From an uncultured Anaerolineales bacterium (GTDB lineage: Bacteria; Chloroflexota; Anaerolineae; B4-G1), in assembly GCA_964393895.1 (NCBI GenBank), contig CAYMWP010000007.1, forward strand, positions 81 to 64,080: a stretch of 64,000 bases of DNA, in the 5' to 3' direction. Made by a program: the position numbers and the translations under genes. Below the pieces are notes generated by a model. It saw only the letters and a program-made list of their open reading frames with translations, was not told where the DNA came from and did not search any database. Positions 15,817 to 26,200 of this stretch are shown in pieces (positions within the stretch are counted from its first letter, which is position 1; each line of letters begins with the position of its first letter).

Positions 15817-17976
15817 ATGAAAAACCTGGCTGGTGTTTTCGCAATGCTCCTTCTTTTGTCTTTTTTCGCTGATTGTGTAGGCGGCCAGTCACCCGTGGCG
15901 TTGGAATCTACGAGGACACATCAGTCCCCTGGCACGTCCACCCCTGCTGTGATGCCACAACCAACCGGTCTTTCACCGGCCGGTCAACTTGCTTATGGTA
16001 GTGTCGCGCAGGTGTGGGCCAACGACGGCGGCGACAAGGTAACGCGCGACGAACTGCGTGCTACCAATGATCCGGGTGCAGTGTACAACTCGGTGTGGGA
16101 CGGCGTCACCATCTCCCTGTTTGGCGCCCGCAACGAAGTGGTGGCCTTCAACCTGGTGCTCGAAGCTCCCACGACCGACGCCGCAGACGTCAACGTGAGT
16201 CTGATGTCACTGACCGGTCCTGGTGGCGCCAGCATCGCCACCGTCCCGGCGAGCGGCGAGGGCGTGTTCGACTATGTTGGACGCAACATCGAGTTGTTCT
16301 ACGTGCGTTACCTAGAGATCAAGGGGCTCAGTACCGATCTGTTCTACGCCGGCTATGATTACGACGAGCGGCACATCCCGGAGCGCTGCCGTCGCCCTTA
16401 CGATGAAGAAACCGGTGAGGGCACGGGCACTTGGGAGGATCGGCCTTGCCACGACAAGTTCTATCCCGAAATCGCCGTGCCACTCGAACTCCATTCACCC
16501 TTTACCGTTGCGGCCGGCACCAACCAGTCTATCTGGGGCGACGTCTACATCCCCAAAACGGTGCCCGCCGGGGTCTACAGCGGCACCATCGCCATCACCG
16601 AAGACAGTACGCTCACCTGGCAGATTCCCGTCAGTCTGCACGTGCGCAATTTCACACTACCCGACCTGCCCAGTGCCAGGACAATGCTTGTCTACAGTTC
16701 CGAGAATATCAATGACCGCTACCTGGGTGAGTCCAACATATATCTCGAACCGGGAACCGCTGCCTATACCCAATCCCTTGAACTGGTTGACCGCCACTTC
16801 CAGCTCGCTCACCGCCACAAGATCTCGCTCATTGACGGCTTTGACGACACTGAGCAAATGGACGAGGCTTGGATCTCTCGCCTGAGCGGAGAACTCTTCA
16901 CCCCTGCCAGGGGCTATCACGGCGTTGGTGTTGGAGTGGGCGCTAACGTGTATTCGATTGGCACTTATGGGGACTGGTCGTGGCAAGGGGGCACGCAGGC
17001 GGATATGTGGGCCAACGCCGATGCGTGGGTGAATTGGTTTGATGCTCAGGCATTCAACACCCCCACCGATTATTTCCTCTATCTCATTGATGAATCCGAC
17101 GACTACCCCCAGATTGAGCAATGGGCCGACTGGATCAATGACAATCCAGGGCCTGGTGGGCGCTTGATGTCTATGGCGACGATTGATCTCCCCACGGCAG
17201 TGTCGAGCACGCCTGCGCTCGACGTTCCCACGTCTTGGGCGACGTTCGGCATCACCGATGAATGGCAAAGCGCCGCCGAGAGCTACCAGGCAGACCCCGA
17301 CAAGCGCTTTTACCTGTACAATGGCACCCGGCCCGCCACCGGTTCCTTCGCTATCGAGGACGATGGGGTGGCCTTGCGAGTTCTCGCCTGGGCCCAGTAC
17401 AAGAAAAAGATTGACCGCTGGTTCTATTGGGAAGCCACGTACTATGACAACTATCAGGGCAACACCGGCCAGACCAACGTTTTTCAACAGGCGCAGACGT
17501 ATGGCGACTTTGACCAGGTAGACAGTGTGTTGGGCGAGACCGGCTGGAACTATCTCAACGGCGACGGAGTGTTGCTTTACCCCGGCAGCGACACGCGCTA
17601 CCCCGAGGACGACTATGGCGTGATGGGGCCGTTCGCCTCGCTGCGTCTAAAGCATTGGCGGCGCGGCATCCAGGACGTGGACTATCTCACACTGGCGGCG
17701 GTCATCAGCCCGACGCGCACCGCCGAAATCGTCAGTGCGATGATCCCTCGAGTGCTGTGGGAGTACGGTGTGAGCGACCCCGAGGACCCGACCTGGTTGC
17801 TTACCGACATCAGTTGGTCCACTGACCCCGACCAATGGGAGGTAGCGCGTGCAGAGTTGGCCGAAATCATTGAGAGATTTTACGCAAGTCTCTCCCAGCG
17901 AGTCTACCGGCCGATGACGATCAAGGAGGGGGTTGCGTTGCAAAACGAGTCGCTGGCGGACGCGGCTCCCAGGTAG
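15817..17976 (+). CDS. Secreted DUF4091 (GH123-like) glycoside-hydrolase-domain protein
   Basis: RBS AAGGGAGG and a signal peptide. The C-terminal region WFYWEATYY...[10 protein letters not shown]...[21 protein letters not shown] is typical of DUF4091. Confidence 0.65.
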   Translation: MKNLAGVFAMLLLLSFFADCVGGQSPVALESTRTHQSPGTSTPAVMPQPTGLSPAGQLAYGSVAQVWANDGGDKVTRDELRATNDPGAVYNSVWDGVTISLFGARNEVVAFNLVLEAPTTDAADVNVSLMSLTGPGGASIATVPASGEGVFDYVGRNIELFYVRYLEIKGLSTDLFYAGYDYDERHIPERCRRPYDEETGEGTGTWEDRPCHDKFYPEIAVPLELHSPFTVAAGTNQSIWGDVYIPKTVPAGVYSGTIAITEDSTLTWQIPVSLHVRNFTLPDLPSARTMLVYSSENINDRYLGESNIYLEPGTAAYTQSLELVDRHFQLAHRHKISLIDGFDDTEQMDEAWISRLSGELFTPARGYHGVGVGVGANVYSIGTYGDWSWQGGTQADMWANADAWVNWFDAQAFNTPTDYFLYLIDESDDYPQIEQWADWINDNPGPGGRLMSMATIDLPTAVSSTPALDVPTSWATFGITDEWQSAAESYQADPDKRFYLYNGTRPATGSFAIEDDGVALRVLAWAQYKKKIDRWFYWEATYYDNYQGNTGQTNVFQQAQTYGDFDQVDSVLGETGWNYLNGDGVLLYPGSDTRYPEDDYGVMGPFASLRLKHWRRGIQDVDYLTLAAVISPTRTAEIVSAMIPRVLWEYGVSDPEDPTWLLTDISWSTDPDQWEVARAELAEIIERFYASLSQRVYRPMTIKEGVALQNESLADAAPR

Positions 17977-18174
17977 TTGGAAAGCGAAGGTGGAGAGTAG
18001 GCCCGTGGGTATCATCGAAAGAAACCGGTTTTCTAATCAGCCCAGACCCGGTTTGTTGTAAAGATACACTTGTGGCTCGTTGGGTATTTGCCTGGGAGGG
18101 AAGCGCCGGCGGCGCGGCCCCGTTGGAATTGATGGTCTCGCCCAGGCGTATAGAGCATCAGGAGTGACACATAT

Positions 18175-19191
18175 ATGAAAGAGCACGTGATCCGTATGGC
18201 CCACGGCGCGGGCGGCAAGATGATGAACGATCTCATCCGCGACGTCTTTGCTACTCCTTTGGATAACCCCTACCTGCGCCAGATGGCCGACTCGGCCGTT
18301 ACCCAATATCCAGTCTCTGATATCCGGCTGGCGATTTCCACCGATTCCTTCACCGTCCGGCCCCTCTTTTTCCCCGGCGGCGACATCGGCTCGCTGGCCG
18401 TCCACGGCACCGTCAACGACGTGGCCATGAGTGGCGCGCGCCCGCTCTGGCTCACGGCCGGGTTCATTCTGGAGGAAGGGCTGGAGCTGGATGTGCTGGA
18501 GCGCGTGGTGCGCTCGATGGCGGAAGCGGCCCACGCGGCGGGTGTGCAGGTCGTGGCGGGCGACACCAAGGTGGTCGAACGGGGACACGGGGACGGTGTC
18601 TATGTCAACACGGCCGGCGTCGGTGTGGTGATGGAGGGAGTGGAGATTGGCCCGGACCGGGCGCGCTCTGGCGACGCGGTGCTTCTCAGCGGCGCCCTCG
18701 GCGACCACGGCATCGCCGTTCTGAGCAAGCGGGAGGGGCTCGAGTTCGAGACCGAACTGCTTTCCGATAGCGCCGCGTTGAACGGGCTGGTCGAGGCACT
18801 GCTAACGACTGTCCCTCGCACCCATTGCCTGCGCGACCCCACCCGGGGCGGGCTGGCGGCGGCGTTGAACGAACTGGCGGGCGCGTCGGGCGTGGGGATC
18901 GAGATCGAAGAAACGGCGCTGCCCGTCCGCCCGGCGGTGGCGGCTGCCTGCGAGATGCTGGGCTTTGACCCGCTGACCGTCGCCAACGAGGGAAAACTGA
19001 TCGCCTTCGTCCCGCCGGAGGAGGCGGAGGAGGCGTTGGCCGCGCTACGGGACCATCCCCTGGGGCGGGAGGCGGCCCGCATCGGCGTCGTCACGGAGGA
19101 GCACGCGGGGATGGTGCTGGCCCGCACTCCCATCGGCGGGCGGCGGGTGGTGGATATGCCGCTGGGCGAGTTGCTGCCGCGCATTTGTTGA
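18175..19191 (+). CDS. hypE: Hydrogenase maturation carbamoyl dehydratase HypE
   Basis: 338 aa. AIR-synthase-like fold (MAHGAGGKMMNDLI..., VAGDTKVV) and the diagnostic C-terminal PRIC motif. Confidence 0.9.
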   Translation: MKEHVIRMAHGAGGKMMNDLIRDVFATPLDNPYLRQMADSAVTQYPVSDIRLAISTDSFTVRPLFFPGGDIGSLAVHGTVNDVAMSGARPLWLTAGFILEEGLELDVLERVVRSMAEAAHAAGVQVVAGDTKVVERGHGDGVYVNTAGVGVVMEGVEIGPDRARSGDAVLLSGALGDHGIAVLSKREGLEFETELLSDSAALNGLVEALLTTVPRTHCLRDPTRGGLAAALNELAGASGVGIEIEETALPVRPAVAAACEMLGFDPLTVANEGKLIAFVPPEEAEEALAALRDHPLGREAARIGVVTEEHAGMVLARTPIGGRRVVDMPLGELLPRIC

Positions 19192-19196
19192 ACCTG

Positions 19197-20198
19197 CTAT
19201 TCCACCACCAGCACCCCCGTCCCATCAATCTCGCTCCGCTTGAGTGCCAGCAGCGCCTCGTTGGCCGCCTCCAGCGCAAAGGTCTGCACCGTGCTGTGAA
19301 TGGGGATCTCGGCCGCCACTTGCAGCAACTCTTCCGCGTCCTGCCGCGTAAAGTTGGCCACGCTGCGCACCGTCCGCTCCCAGTAGAGCAGGTTGTCATA
19401 GTCCAGTTCGGGGATGGGCGTCATCGTTACCCCCGCCAGCGATAGCGTGCCGCCTCGCTCCAGCACCCGCAACGCCTCCGGCACCAATCCGCCCGCCGGG
19501 GCAAAGATGATGCTAGAGTGCATCTTGGCCGGGGGAGTATCCTCCGCGCCGCCGACCCACACCGCCCCCAATTCCCGCGCCAGCCGGCGGTGTCCCTCGC
19601 TGCGGGTAAAGACATAGACCTGGCAGCCCCAGTGGCGGGCCACCTGGATGGTGACGTGGGCCGAGCCGCCAAAACCATAGAGCCCCAGCCGCTGACCGGG
19701 CTGCACCTCGCTCAGCCGCAGCGCCCGGTAGCCGATGATGCCGGCGCAGAGGAGCGGGGCCGCCTCCACGTCGGAAAAGCCCTCCGGGATGGGGTAGGCA
19801 AAATCCTGGGGGACCACCATGCCTCGAGCGTATCCGCCGTCGGCGTGGAGACCGGTGAACTGGGCGTCCGCGCACAGATTCTCCAGCCCCCGTCGGCAGA
19901 ACTCGCACGCGCCGCAGGTGTGGTAGAGCCAGGGCACTCCCACCCGCTGGCCTATCTCGAAGCGAGTCGCTCCCTCGCCACGCGCTTCTACCACTCCCAC
20001 GATCTGGTGGCCGGGAACCAACGGCAGTCTGGGCAGTTTCAAGTCCCCCTCTACTGTGTGCAGGTCGGTGCGGCAGACTCCACAGACCCGCACGGTCAGG
20101 CGAATCTCGCCGGGGCCGGGTTCAGGCAGAGGGATGTCGGCTAACTTTAGGGGCCGCTCTTCGATTGATTTGATTTCACGCAATAACATTGCCTTCAT
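19197..20198 (-). CDS. Zinc-dependent alcohol dehydrogenase family protein
   Basis: Start MKAMLLREIK follows GGAGGG. Motifs are GVCRTDLH, the structural-Zn cluster CGACEFCRRGLENLC and the NAD motif LGLYGFGGSAH. The ORF-track N-terminal extension is trimmed. Confidence 0.85.
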   Translation of the reverse strand: MKAMLLREIKSIEERPLKLADIPLPEPGPGEIRLTVRVCGVCRTDLHTVEGDLKLPRLPLVPGHQIVGVVEARGEGATRFEIGQRVGVPWLYHTCGACEFCRRGLENLCADAQFTGLHADGGYARGMVVPQDFAYPIPEGFSDVEAAPLLCAGIIGYRALRLSEVQPGQRLGLYGFGGSAHVTIQVARHWGCQVYVFTRSEGHRRLARELGAVWVGGAEDTPPAKMHSSIIFAPAGGLVPEALRVLERGGTLSLAGVTMTPIPELDYDNLLYWERTVRSVANFTRQDAEELLQVAAEIPIHSTVQTFALEAANEALLALKRSEIDGTGVLVVE

Positions 20199-20376
20199 AA
20201 CGCCCTCCATCGAAGGAAGCGGTTTTTCCGAGGCGCCTGCCCCGGTCGGTGGTTTGGCCAGCAAGGCCATGGTTTCCGGCGACGCGCCATACAAACGCCA
20301 GTTGAGTATATCAGCGATGGGGTGGGAGGGCAAGTTTGCCATTTTTCTGGAATCGCCATAAAATATGGCCGTTCGC

Positions 20377-20405
20377 TTGACAATCTGTGTTATGTGTGGT
20401 ACTCT
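20377..20405 (+). promoter_or_regulatory. Sigma70-type promoter upstream of the roadblock/V4R/RR genes
   Basis: -35 TTGACA (20377-20382), 17-nt spacer and -10 TACTCT (20400-20405). Confidence 0.45.
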
Positions 20406-20461
20406 CCAAATCGTACGGAACCAAGGATATTGACATCGAGAGTAAATGGTAAGGAGGCATA

Positions 20462-20842
20462 ATGGCAGAGGGATCCCGTACTGAACGTCTAGTGAAGCGG
20501 TTGCAGGAATTGCAGATGAACACGCCAGACGTCGAGGCTACCTCCGTTGTGAGTGTGGATGGGCTTACAATGGCATCCTCTCTACCGGCGGGCATCGAAG
20601 AGGACCGGGTTGCCGCAATGTCCGCCGCGATGCTTTCTCTGGGCGAGCGCATAGCCAGCGAGCTGGGTCGCGGTATGTTGGACGAGGTGTACGTGAAGGG
20701 AGAAAATGGATACGTCGTCCTGCGTGCTGTTGGTGAGGAGGCAGTTCTGACTGTATTGGCCCGCCAGCAGACCAAGCTGGGCTTGCTTTTTCTGGATATG
20801 CGCCGCGCATCCGAAGACCTGACCGATGTTCTGGAAGCCTAG
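20462..20842 (+). CDS. Roadblock/LC7 (MglB-like) domain protein
   Basis: 126 aa with RBS AAGGAGG. VSVDGLTMASSLP...RVAAMSAAMLSLGERIASELGRG...VYVKGENGYVVLRAVG is typical of Roadblock/LC7. Confidence 0.8.
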   Translation: MAEGSRTERLVKRLQELQMNTPDVEATSVVSVDGLTMASSLPAGIEEDRVAAMSAAMLSLGERIASELGRGMLDEVYVKGENGYVVLRAVGEEAVLTVLARQQTKLGLLFLDMRRASEDLTDVLEA

Positions 20843-20871
20843 TAGACGAGATACCAGAAGGAGGCCATAAA

Positions 20872-21504
20872 GTGTCGCGGATCGAAGTAAGTGGTTATTA
20901 TTATCCCAATCTAATGGGTCGTATTTACCTCCAGGCGATGGAAGAGGTCATGGGGAGAAATGGCTTGAACGCCATTCTGAACCTGGCCGGTCTTTCACAC
21001 TTGATTGACAATTACCCGCCTGCCGACTTGAAGAAAGAGTTCGAGTTTGCAGATTTTTCCTCTTTGAATTGGGCTTTGGAGGAAATGTACGGGCCGCGTG
21101 GAGGACGTGGGCTGGAACTGCGGGCAGGTCGGGCCGTCTTCACGTTGGGCCTCCAGGGGCTGGGCGCTCTTTCTGGCGCCAGCGATCTGGCCTTCAAAGT
21201 GCTCCCGCTCCCCGCCAAGTTAAAGGTCGGTCTTCCGGCCCTGGCAAAAGTATTCTCCCAGGTCAGCGATCAGAAGAGCACGGTCAAAGACCAGGGTGAA
21301 TATTACACTTATACCATGTCCCCGTGTCCAAATTGCTGGGGACGCACCGCTGACCGCCCGATTTGCTTTGCCGGCAAGGGTGTGATAGAAGAGGGGCTGC
21401 ACTGGCTCAGCGGTGGATCAAAGTTCCGTGTAGAAGAGATAGAATGTGTAGCCATGGGCGGAGAGATGTGCACGTATGCCATCTACAAAGAACCGATAGG
21501 GTAG
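20872..21504 (+). CDS. V4R (4-vinyl reductase) domain protein
   Basis: GTG start after AAGGAGG. The C-terminal CPNCWGR...ICFAGKGVIEEGLHWL...VEEIECVAMGGEMCTY is the Cys-containing V4R signature. Confidence 0.65.
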   Translation: MSRIEVSGYYYPNLMGRIYLQAMEEVMGRNGLNAILNLAGLSHLIDNYPPADLKKEFEFADFSSLNWALEEMYGPRGGRGLELRAGRAVFTLGLQGLGALSGASDLAFKVLPLPAKLKVGLPALAKVFSQVSDQKSTVKDQGEYYTYTMSPCPNCWGRTADRPICFAGKGVIEEGLHWLSGGSKFRVEEIECVAMGGEMCTYAIYKEPIG

Positions 21505-21546
21505 ACGTGACAGTCTCTTTCTAGGCAGGACAGGGGAGGGTGTGGT

Positions 21547-22416
21547 GTGGTCAAAGTTCCTCGTATTCTCGTCGTAGAAGACCAGGTGGACACTGCCGAA
21601 ATGTTGACGTCGTACTTTGAGGCCCAGGGCTACGAAGTCACTGCGGTGGGATGGGGAAAGGACGCATTGAACTTTACCGAAAAGGTCGCTCCTGATCTCG
21701 TCATGTTGGACATTCACCTGCCGGACATTGACGGCTATGAAGTGTATCGCCATCTGCGAGACCACAGGAGCACCGAGCACGTTCCCGTCATCTTTCTGAC
21801 AGAGAGGCGCAAGCGTGGGGACAAGTTGATGGGGTTGGGCCTGGGTGCTGCGGATTACATCACCAAGCCATTCGATGTCCAGGAGCTTCGCTTGAGGGTA
21901 CGTAACGTGTTGCGCCGCTCCAAACTTGGACGACTTTCTCACCCTATCACCGGCCTGCCGTCTGTGTTACTGGTAGACGAGCGGTTGCGAGAACTGTTAG
22001 GCTGCTCCGACTGGGGAGTGCTCTCCATAGGCTTGTGTGGGTTGGACGAGTTTGCCGAAGCTTATGGCTTTGTGGCGCGAGACGACGTGGTGCGTGCTGT
22101 GGCCCTCATGCTTGGTCACGTCGTAGGGGAGAGCCACGACCCCGATGCCTTTGTGGGGCACCTGGACGACACCGACTTTTGCATTGTAATGAAGCCGGGC
22201 GACTTGGGAAGCGTTCAACGCGCCCTCGAAGCGCGGCTGGATGAGGCTATATCCTTCTTTTATCCCCGCGCAGATTGGGACGCCAAGCGAGCAGGTGGTG
22301 CATCCCAAGTGCCGAATTTAGACTTTGCCATAGGGATACTCGAGCCGTCGGCGCGCTCGTTTGACCATTTGACTGATTTGAAGCAAGCTCTCGTCGAGGT
22401 CAAGAGCGTGAAATAG
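21547..22416 (+). CDS. Response regulator: receiver domain + degenerate GGDEF-like output domain
   Basis: REC motifs ILVVEDQ, LVMLDIHLPDIDG and ADYITKPF. The C-terminal half resembles GGDEF (ITGLP..., FAEAYGF...VVRAV..., FVGHLDDTDFCIVM) but lacks a GG(D/E)EF motif. Confidence 0.75.
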   Translation: MVKVPRILVVEDQVDTAEMLTSYFEAQGYEVTAVGWGKDALNFTEKVAPDLVMLDIHLPDIDGYEVYRHLRDHRSTEHVPVIFLTERRKRGDKLMGLGLGAADYITKPFDVQELRLRVRNVLRRSKLGRLSHPITGLPSVLLVDERLRELLGCSDWGVLSIGLCGLDEFAEAYGFVARDDVVRAVALMLGHVVGESHDPDAFVGHLDDTDFCIVMKPGDLGSVQRALEARLDEAISFFYPRADWDAKRAGGASQVPNLDFAIGILEPSARSFDHLTDLKQALVEVKSVK

Positions 22417-22436
22417 CTGGACTTGTACGAGCATAA

Positions 22437-22484
22437 CCCCGGCTGGCAGAGCTGTGACCCGCACTCTCTGGCCGGGGATTTTGA
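22437..22484 (+). terminator. Putative intrinsic terminator after the response-regulator gene
   Basis: CCCCGGC(22437-22443)...GCCGGGG(22471-22477) stem with additional inner pairing, followed by ATTTTGA. Confidence 0.45.
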
Positions 22485-22502
22485 TGCAGGTGAGGTGTTG
22501 CG

Positions 22503-23246
22503 GTGAAACTAACGGTCGTCATCCCCACTTATAACGAGGCCGAAAACGTCGCGCCTATGACCGAAGCGTTGTTAGCTCTGGGCATTCCCGGCCTGGATAT
22601 ATTGATCGTGGACGACGAGTCACCGGACGGTACCGGCCGCCTCGCCGACGATCTGGCGGCTCGCCGCCAAGACCGGCTACACGTGTTGCACCGTACAGGC
22701 CCGCGCGGCCTGGGCCTGGCCTACGTAGATGGATTCCGCTGGGCCCTGGAGCGCGGCGCCGATTTTATCGTCCAGATGGACTGTGACTTTTCCCACTCCC
22801 CCAAGTACATCCCTCAATTCCTGGAACATGTCTCAGACTATGACTTGGTCGTAGGCTCCCGCTACGTCCAGGGAGGAAAGACGGACGAGGAGTGGGAGTT
22901 TGGACGCTGGCTGCTTTCCTGGTGGGCCAACAGTATCTATACCCGTCTGATCTTGGGCTGCCAGGTCAGGGACGCCACCGCCGGTTTCAAGTGCTGGCGC
23001 CGTGAGACGCTTTTGGGTATAGACCTCGATTCCATTCACTCGCAGGGCTATGTCTTCCAGGTCGAGATGGCCTACGTGGCCGAGCGGCTGGGCTACCGCG
23101 CGCTGGAAATTCCCATCTATTTTGAGGATCGCCGCATCGGTCAGTCCAAGATGACGATCCCGGTCAAGATCGAAGCGGCGCTGCGGGTGTGGGAGGTGCG
23201 ATGGCGCCATCGCCGCCTGCGGCCGAGCGACCGGTTGGCCGTATGA
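22503..23246 (+). CDS. Polyprenol-monophosphomannose synthase (GT2, Ppm1/DPM1-like)
   Basis: [31 protein letters not shown] and GFKCWRRE are typical of Ppm1/DPM1-like GT2 enzymes. Confidence 0.85.
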   Translation: MKLTVVIPTYNEAENVAPMTEALLALGIPGLDILIVDDESPDGTGRLADDLAARRQDRLHVLHRTGPRGLGLAYVDGFRWALERGADFIVQMDCDFSHSPKYIPQFLEHVSDYDLVVGSRYVQGGKTDEEWEFGRWLLSWWANSIYTRLILGCQVRDATAGFKCWRRETLLGIDLDSIHSQGYVFQVEMAYVAERLGYRALEIPIYFEDRRIGQSKMTIPVKIEAALRVWEVRWRHRRLRPSDRLAV

Positions 23247-26200
23247 TCCGCCGCAAACTGGATGGCTTGCTGCCTGAACTGGGCATCATCGTTATTCTGT
23301 TCCTGCTGCCCCTGCTGCTGTTTGCGCCAGTGGCGCTGGGTTCCCGGACGCTCCTGCCGGCCGACGGATTTTTCTCGTTCGAGCCGTACCGGGCGGCAGC
23401 CGCCGATCTGGGAGTGGCTTTTCCCCACAATCACCTGGTCGCCGACCTCATCCTGGAGAACTATGCCTGGAAAAACTTTATCGTGGAGGCGGCCCGCGAT
23501 GGGGAACTGCCGCTTTGGGACCCCTACATCTTTGCCGGTCATCCCTTCCTGGCCAACGGCCAACACTCGGCGCTCTATCCCCTGAGCGTCGTATTTTACG
23601 TCCTTTCCCTGTGGCGGGCCTATGGCGTCTTTGCCTGGCTGCAATTGGGCCTGGCGGGGATGTTTGCGTACCTGTTCGCCCGCGTGTTGGGCGTCCGCCG
23701 GCTGGCGGGACTGATCGCCGGCATCACCTTTCAGTTCAGCGGCTTTATGCTCGTGTCGTCGGTTCCTCATCCGATGATAGTCGCCGGGGCCTCGTGGCTG
23801 CCCTTTATCCTGGCCATGGTCGAGTTGGTTCTGCAGCAGCGGCCCATTTTGGGCCAAGGGCCGGCGACGTTGCCCTGGGTGTTGCTGGGATCGTTGGGCC
23901 TGGGCTGCCAGGTGTTGGCCGGGCACGTCGAGAACACCTATTTCACGCTGCTGGTGATGGGAGCCTATGCGTTGTGGCGGCTGATCGGCAAATTTGCGAA
24001 TCAGCGAGTCAGTGAATCGGCCCATTGGCGCACCAGTGAACGGGTTGCTGCTTCCAGCCGGGCGGTGATGTGGCTGGCCTTGATGCTCGCGCTGGGCCTG
24101 GCGCTGGGAGCGGTCCAGTTCGCGCCGCTCTACGAAGTGGTCAGCGGCAGCTTTCGCAGCGGGGAGGCGGCGGCGAGTCTCGAGCAGGTGCGGGGCTGGG
24201 CCTATCCTCCCCGGCGGCTGATCGCCTTTGGTATCCCCAATTTCTTTGGCAATCCGGCCCATCACGGCTACTTTGACCTTTTCTCCGGGCACTGGACGGG
24301 GGCGCAGGCGTTCCCCGATGGACAGTATATTGACTGGGGGATGAAGAACTATGTCGAAGGCGCGGCTTACCTGGGCTTGCTGCCGCTATTCCTGGCGCTC
24401 ATCGCAATCCTCCACTGGCTCGCCCCTCGTGTCTCGCGCCTCACGTCTCACCTTTCACGTTTCACGTTTCACGCCACCCCATTCTTTACCCTCCTCTCCA
24501 TCTTTTCACTCGGTTGCATTTTCGGCACGCCGCTCTATGCCCTCGTCTACGTGCTGCCGGGGATCGAGCAATCTCACTCCCCTTTCCGCTGGGTCTTTCC
24601 GCTCTCGCTCTCGGTCGCAGTTCTGGCGGGCTTTGGCGTTGAGGCCGTGCAGAGGAGCAGGACGCAACACGCGACACGCGACGCGCGACACGCTGACCCC
24701 AATCCCCGATCTCCAATCTCCAACCTTCTTTTGCTCGCTACTTCTCCCTCGCCGGTGGCCTGGAGCGCCGCGCTTGCCTTTTGGGGTGGAGCGGTGACGC
24801 TGGTTGGATTGCTCCTCAGCCGTATCTTTTTCGCCCGAATCGAGCCGTTGGTGGAACGGGTTTTCCTTTCGCTGGCCAAGGCTCCCGCCGCTTTTCCCGA
24901 CCATCGCGCTTTCTATTCCTACGAGTTCAAGTGGGTGGCGCTCTTTGGGCTGCTGCTGGCGGGAAGCGGCATCGTCCTGCGCGTGAGCCGCTGCCCCATC
25001 TACCTGCGCCGCCGCCCCTTCGACCACACTCAGGGCAGGCCCGTGTGGGAGCTCCTGGCGGTGGGACTGCTGGTGCTGGATTTCGTTGCCTTCGGCGCGG
25101 GCTTTGCCCCGGCCGTAGACCCGGCGTTGCTGGACTATGTCCCGCCGGTGGTCGAGTTCCTGCGGCGGGATGCCTCGCTCTGGCGTTACGCCACTTTTAC
25201 CCCGCCCGGTACCACCAAGACGATGAACGCCAACGTAGGCATGTTCTATGGCCTACAGGCAGTGGACGGCTACGACTCGCTCTTTACCGGCCAATATCGC
25301 GACTATATGGCCCTCATCGAGCCGCAGGAGGAGACCCAGTACAACCGCATCGCCTCTTTCCACCACTGGTCGAGCCTCGATAGCCCCCTCACCGACCTAC
25401 TCAACGTCAAGTACGTCGTCACCGAGGTCGAGATCCCCAACCCCAAGTACCGCCTGGTCTACCAGGACGACGCGGTGCGGGTGTACGAGAATCTGGCCGT
25501 GATGCCTCGGGCCTACACGATGCCGCTTCTGGCGGCGCTGGAGACTGACGACCTGGCGGGCCTGGTGCAGGACCACGACCCGCGCAACTATGTCATTCTC
25601 GACTCTGGCGCGTACCCGCTCGATTCCTACATCACGCAGCCGGCGACCGCCGCAGCACAGAATGTGGTGCGCTACGCCATCAACGAGGTCCAAGTTGACG
25701 TCCAGATTGACGAGCCCGGTTGGCTGGTGCTGGCCGACTCTTATTTCCCCGGTTGGAAGGCGTTCGTGCGCCCACGGGGAACGGGCGAGGATGCCGAGGA
25801 GGAAACGCGCATTTACCGGGCGAACGGCGCTTTTCGAACCGTTCTATTGGAAGAGCCGGGCGCGTGGACAGTGCGCTTCAAGTATACCCCCGATAGCGTC
25901 AAGATCGGCGCCTTTGTCAGCTTTATCGCCGCGATGGTGCTGCTCTTCCTGACCGGACTGTACCTGTGGCGCTTTTTCTACCGCGAGGAGGACGACGCCA
26001 GCGCCGTCCGGCGCGTGGCCAAGAACTCTATCGCCCCCATCGTGCTCAATCTCTTCAATCGGGTGCTCGACATGTCCTTCGCCGCGCTGATGGCCCGCAT
26101 CCTGGGCCCGGTCGGCACTGGGCGCTATTTCACCGCCGCCATCGTCTACGGCTGGTTCGACATCGTCGCCAACTTTGGGCTAGAAATGTACCTGATGCGC

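Noticed and set aside
22431-22437. GCATAAC as the inverse core (R'') of a tenth cassette that would close the G|TTATGC junction at 13204
   Set aside because: Only the 7-mer matches, and the expected extension gcgatct is absent. It lies 9 kb away inside a terminator-like hairpin, and no paired GTT core or attC-like fold follows. A chance match is expected in a window of this size.
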